Below are positions 59,901 to 64,000 of a DNA stretch of 64,000 nt, in pieces. Every line of letters starts with the position of its first letter. Within the stretch, counting starts at the first letter, position 1. This DNA comes from Chrysomallon squamiferum (Eukaryota; Animalia; Mollusca). Where the stretch lies: NCBI GenBank assembly GCA_012295275.1, contig CM022667.1, forward strand, positions 18,290,001-18,354,000, given 5' to 3'. A program made the translations under genes and the position numbers. The notes beneath the pieces were generated by a model. It saw only the letters and a program-made list of their open reading frames with translations. It was not told the DNA's origin and searched no databases.

Positions 59901-62027
59901 AAAATCTTTCTCCTGTTCACTTCCTTTACAAAATTTCAATGAATGAAATATTTATAACACTCTCACACACACACACACACACACACACAAAAAAACAAAG
60001 TCAATTGCTAAATATAATATCGTTCATATGATCCAACAACTACTGCCTGTTTTGACTAGCAATGACCAGAAAAGCAGATGTAGTTAAACAAAGACTGGGA
60101 TCAATATGAGTGAATTTTCCAAACAAGAGAATAAATTAATGAGTAAGAAATGGATTAATTCAAATAATGAAGCTACTATTTTGAAGTGCACTGACCACTG
60201 AGTGGTCTTATTAATCAGTGTAATTGCTTTTATTATAAAGCTTGCCAAGGGGATTTAGATTTATCATGGCACACTAAATCCAATGAAGACATTAAAGTAG
60301 ATGTGTATGATTAGTTAATGTAATTATGTATCTTCTCATCGAGTGGTGGCCTGCCTATTAATGCTTATTATATATGTCACTAAGACATTAATATTTCAAA
60401 ACTGCTTCAAAGATTTTTTTTTCTTATTCTTTATCTGAAATGAAGCTTTTTTAAATATATATCAGAGAAATAAGAAAAAAGGTTGACTGAAAAAAATAAT
60501 GAAACAACGTTTGGTTAAACTGACTGAAGCATTTCAGCACAAAACTAATTGATGATAAACATGTATTTGGAAAACTGGTTAATTAAATAAAAGGAGAAAA
60601 TAATTATGTAAAACTAGATTAGGTATATGCCAAATATACAAAAATAATATAAAAAGTATTTAAAAAAATAATGATAATAAAAAATAAATAAATAAATAAA
60701 TAAATATATAACAAAAATAGTTGTGTGTCTGCGTGTGTACATATAGATAGATAGATAATTATGAAAATCTATATATAAAAAGTAAAAATAAAATAAAAAA
60801 AAGAATTAGAAATAAAAATAATAATAAGAATAAAATTTAAAAATTAAATAAACAAAAATTGAGAGACACAAAACCAACAACTAGTACTGGTCATTCTGTT
60901 TAGATGATAAACAAGACGTTTTTTGTGTCTCAAACTTCAAGTCAAATAATGAAATTTCCAGTTCAATAACAAACAAAGGCCGTACACTGAATAGGAAACA
61001 CAATTAGTGACATACAAACAGTGATGAATGGAAAACTAATACAAATGTAACACTGTTAGTGCACTGATAGACAACAGCTACTGCACACAGCTGCCACTCT
61101 GGCCAAACTGCAATAATAAATTGGTCAGCAAGGAACAAAGAATCAAATACGGACAGAGAATGAAATGAAACATGTTGAGAATCTTTAGTTACTGTCAAGT
61201 TTTATGTATTCATTAAATGAATCGTAAATCTTCTCTCATGAGTACATTTTTAGATAAAATGTGTAAAATAAAAAAAATAAAACTTTTCATGTTATCACTA
61301 CTTCTTATTATTTATTCTTTTCATTTCTTTGTTATATTAGTTAAAATAGAATTAAAATTTGAAATTAAATTATCAGATATGTTTTTTAACTGCTTTCATA
61401 TATTTATTTGTTTGCTTGTTTCCAAAATTTAAAAAATACAAACGGGGAAAAAAAAAAAAAGTCCAACAATTTTAAAATAAACTAATAATGGTTTCAAATG
61501 TAGAAAAACTTATCAATACTTTTTTACCTCATAATTAATATACATTGTATTTTTTATTTTTGACATAGCTTAATTTAAAATAAAATAAAAAGCCAAAATT
61601 ATCCTAGTAATGTACAAGTTACAGGAAAAGCAAATTAAAAATATATATAAAAATAATATTAATTACATTTTCATATCTTAAAAAACAAAAATAACAAAAC
61701 ACAATAATAATACAGAAACTAAATAACAACTCCTTTAGGAAAATTTTCCTCTAGATGTAATAATTCTGAAACTAATAATAACTATAGACAGTCTGTTTGA
61801 AGAGTGCTTTAAGCTTGTACATGTATTTAGGTGATATCAGTTAGCAATATAAAACAGGGCATTTTATGTTAATATACTTTTAAAAATTAAAACAAAAATC
61901 AAAATGTAATTGTTCTTTAAATTAACGCCAGGGGTAGTAGTGTTTCTTTAATATTGAAATAATTATTGTTTTGTTTCATTTTAATAATTATTATAATTTG
62001 AGACAAAAATAAAAACAAAAGGAATCA

Positions 62028-62063
<36 letters not shown>

Positions 62064-64000
62064 AATAAATAAAAAATAATAATTTTTATTTTTTTAAATT
62101 ATCAGAAAATTACAATTTCAAAAAGTAAGGAAAACAAAATCTCCCAAGAAACAAAATAATAACAAAGATAAAAGAAAGATATTTTGGGAAAATCTGATAT
62201 AAAAGATTAAAGCATATTTCTTATCTAAGTTCAATAAGTTCTAGGTTTTAATTATGAAGAAACAAAATTGAATCTTTCCATCTCATATTTTCTGTACCTG
62301 AACAACCATGTTCCAACAGCTTCATTAAGGATGATACTATATTTAGAAAAATGTCTGGAGTATCGTGACAAAAATGATTATGAATAATTCACTTATTAAC
62401 TGAAAGATTTTTTATCTCGACCATTAATTTAATTTTTAATAACAATTGTTCTTAATTCTAGAATGATAAACTTGTATCTGTATTCAATATTTATATATTT
62501 ACACCATTTAAAGAAATAAAAAAAATCAGATATGATGGCTAGCACAGATGTTAAGAAGTTAAAGATATTTATACAAGTGCCGAAAATTTTCTTTTTTCAG
62601 TACAAATTGAGTTACTCTCAGTAAATAAATGTGGCAATATTATTTTTAAAACAACACTCAAAAAGAAATATACTCAGTATGAATCAATCACCAAAACATC
62701 GATATTAATAACAAATATTTCTATTTAGCTCAAGATGCCACTAAATGAAGGAATAAGATATAAAATTCTCCATAATGTAAACTTGTTTTCTCTAATTAAA
62801 ACACTGATCATAAAAATTCCTTAATGTCAGCAAAGCACCCAAAGAATGTGATATTTCTACGGTTAATGGCCAAATATAGGCTATACATCATGGAGAGCAA
62901 TACTAGATCTTTCTTCTTACACTGACTACTTCCCAGGTTATTACACATCGTTGGACATAGCATCTGGTCACTATATATTGATTGTCTCAATCTAACAGAG
63001 GTCACAGTCATAATGATGTCTAACAACTTCTCTGAAAAGGGTCACTTCTAGATTAGTCAAGGCCTGAGGACTTTGTGTTCATCAATCAGAAAAATAACTG
63101 CAATTTGATGAGCAAATTCCTATGTCAGGACGTTTGGTATTTGACTGTTTTGTTTTGTAATTAGGATTAATTCACTAGTGAAGAAAAATGTTTTAAAATA
63201 TATAAATGTTAAAAATATACAAATGTAAAAGTTTCAAATCAAACCGATAATTTGTGAAAAAATTAGATTAAGTAATAAATCTACAGATTGATTGGCTTGG
63301 TTACTGATAACAATTTTAAAAATAGAATCCATGATTTTAATGTAAATAATACTACTACTAATAATAATACAATAAATAAATAAATAAATTATATATACAT
63401 ATAGCGACAAACTAGAGAGATATATAGGAATAATAAATACAAATAATAATAATAAACAAAATAATAAATAACTAAATAAATAACATGGTGAGTTTATGTC
63501 ACTAGAACTCATCAGATTACATAAAAAGAAAATCACTAAAATGCATTCATTCATAAACATAATGAAATAGCCAACTGCCAAATTCTCAACATAAGAAAGA
63601 AAAGAACTGATGAAACCTATATCAATTTTATCAATACTGATATCCTATCTTTTATTGTGGTCATAAATATCACTATGGAAACAGAATTATCATTATTATT
63701 GTTGTTTTTGTTTTTTTATATTTATTGGTGTTTTTTATTGTCAAATACTGAAGAAAAATGTTCAGCATGAATTAATTAAATCACAGATATTATTTGCATA
63801 TTACACACAGAGACTTGCCCACATACTCATTTGCAACCCACACATACTCATAACCACCTGTATACATCCAAATACACACCCACTATCACAACATAATCTA
63901 TTACTTATTATTGCAGGGGTAAACCTAGTTTTAATTTACTAACACCAGCTCTGAGAGAAATGTATGAGTTACTTTCCTGATTTTAATTAGCAATGCTCTA

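Noticed and set aside
62808-63026. Possible first coding exon of TOX
   Set aside because: The donor CAGT|GTAAG is phase 1 in the open frame, while the 56964 exon needs phase 0. There is no similarity to TOX N-termini.

Overview
Very AT-rich, intron-dense animal genomic DNA, probably lophotrochozoan or mollusc-like; the species cannot be fixed from the sequence. It is not prokaryotic, and I found no rRNA, tRNA or CRISPR array. Five protein-coding genes were reconstructed by hand from GT-AG junctions and reading frame: LPCAT1/2-like (-, first 3 coding exons, continues off the left edge), an intronless casein kinase I alpha (+), DUS2 (-, 14 coding exons, about 517 aa), NUP93 (+, 23 coding exons, about 825 aa) and a TOX/TOX4-like HMG-box gene (-, 7 exons seen, first exon not found). 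Introns and promoters carry several non-autonomous DNA transposons: two Tc1/pogo-like MITEs, a long-TIR fold-back element, a nested pair, and a deleted Buster/Charlie hAT with a perfect 8-bp TSD. The most unusual feature is NUP93 intron 19. It is almost entirely a 40-bp tandem array whose unit is the intron's own 3' splice site plus the first 21 nt of the next exon, which creates a ladder of decoy acceptors. A similar, older acceptor duplication lies in the TOX HMG-box intron. CK1alpha looks retroposed into an otherwise ancient syntenic block. No new biological system is proven; the findings are testable candidates.
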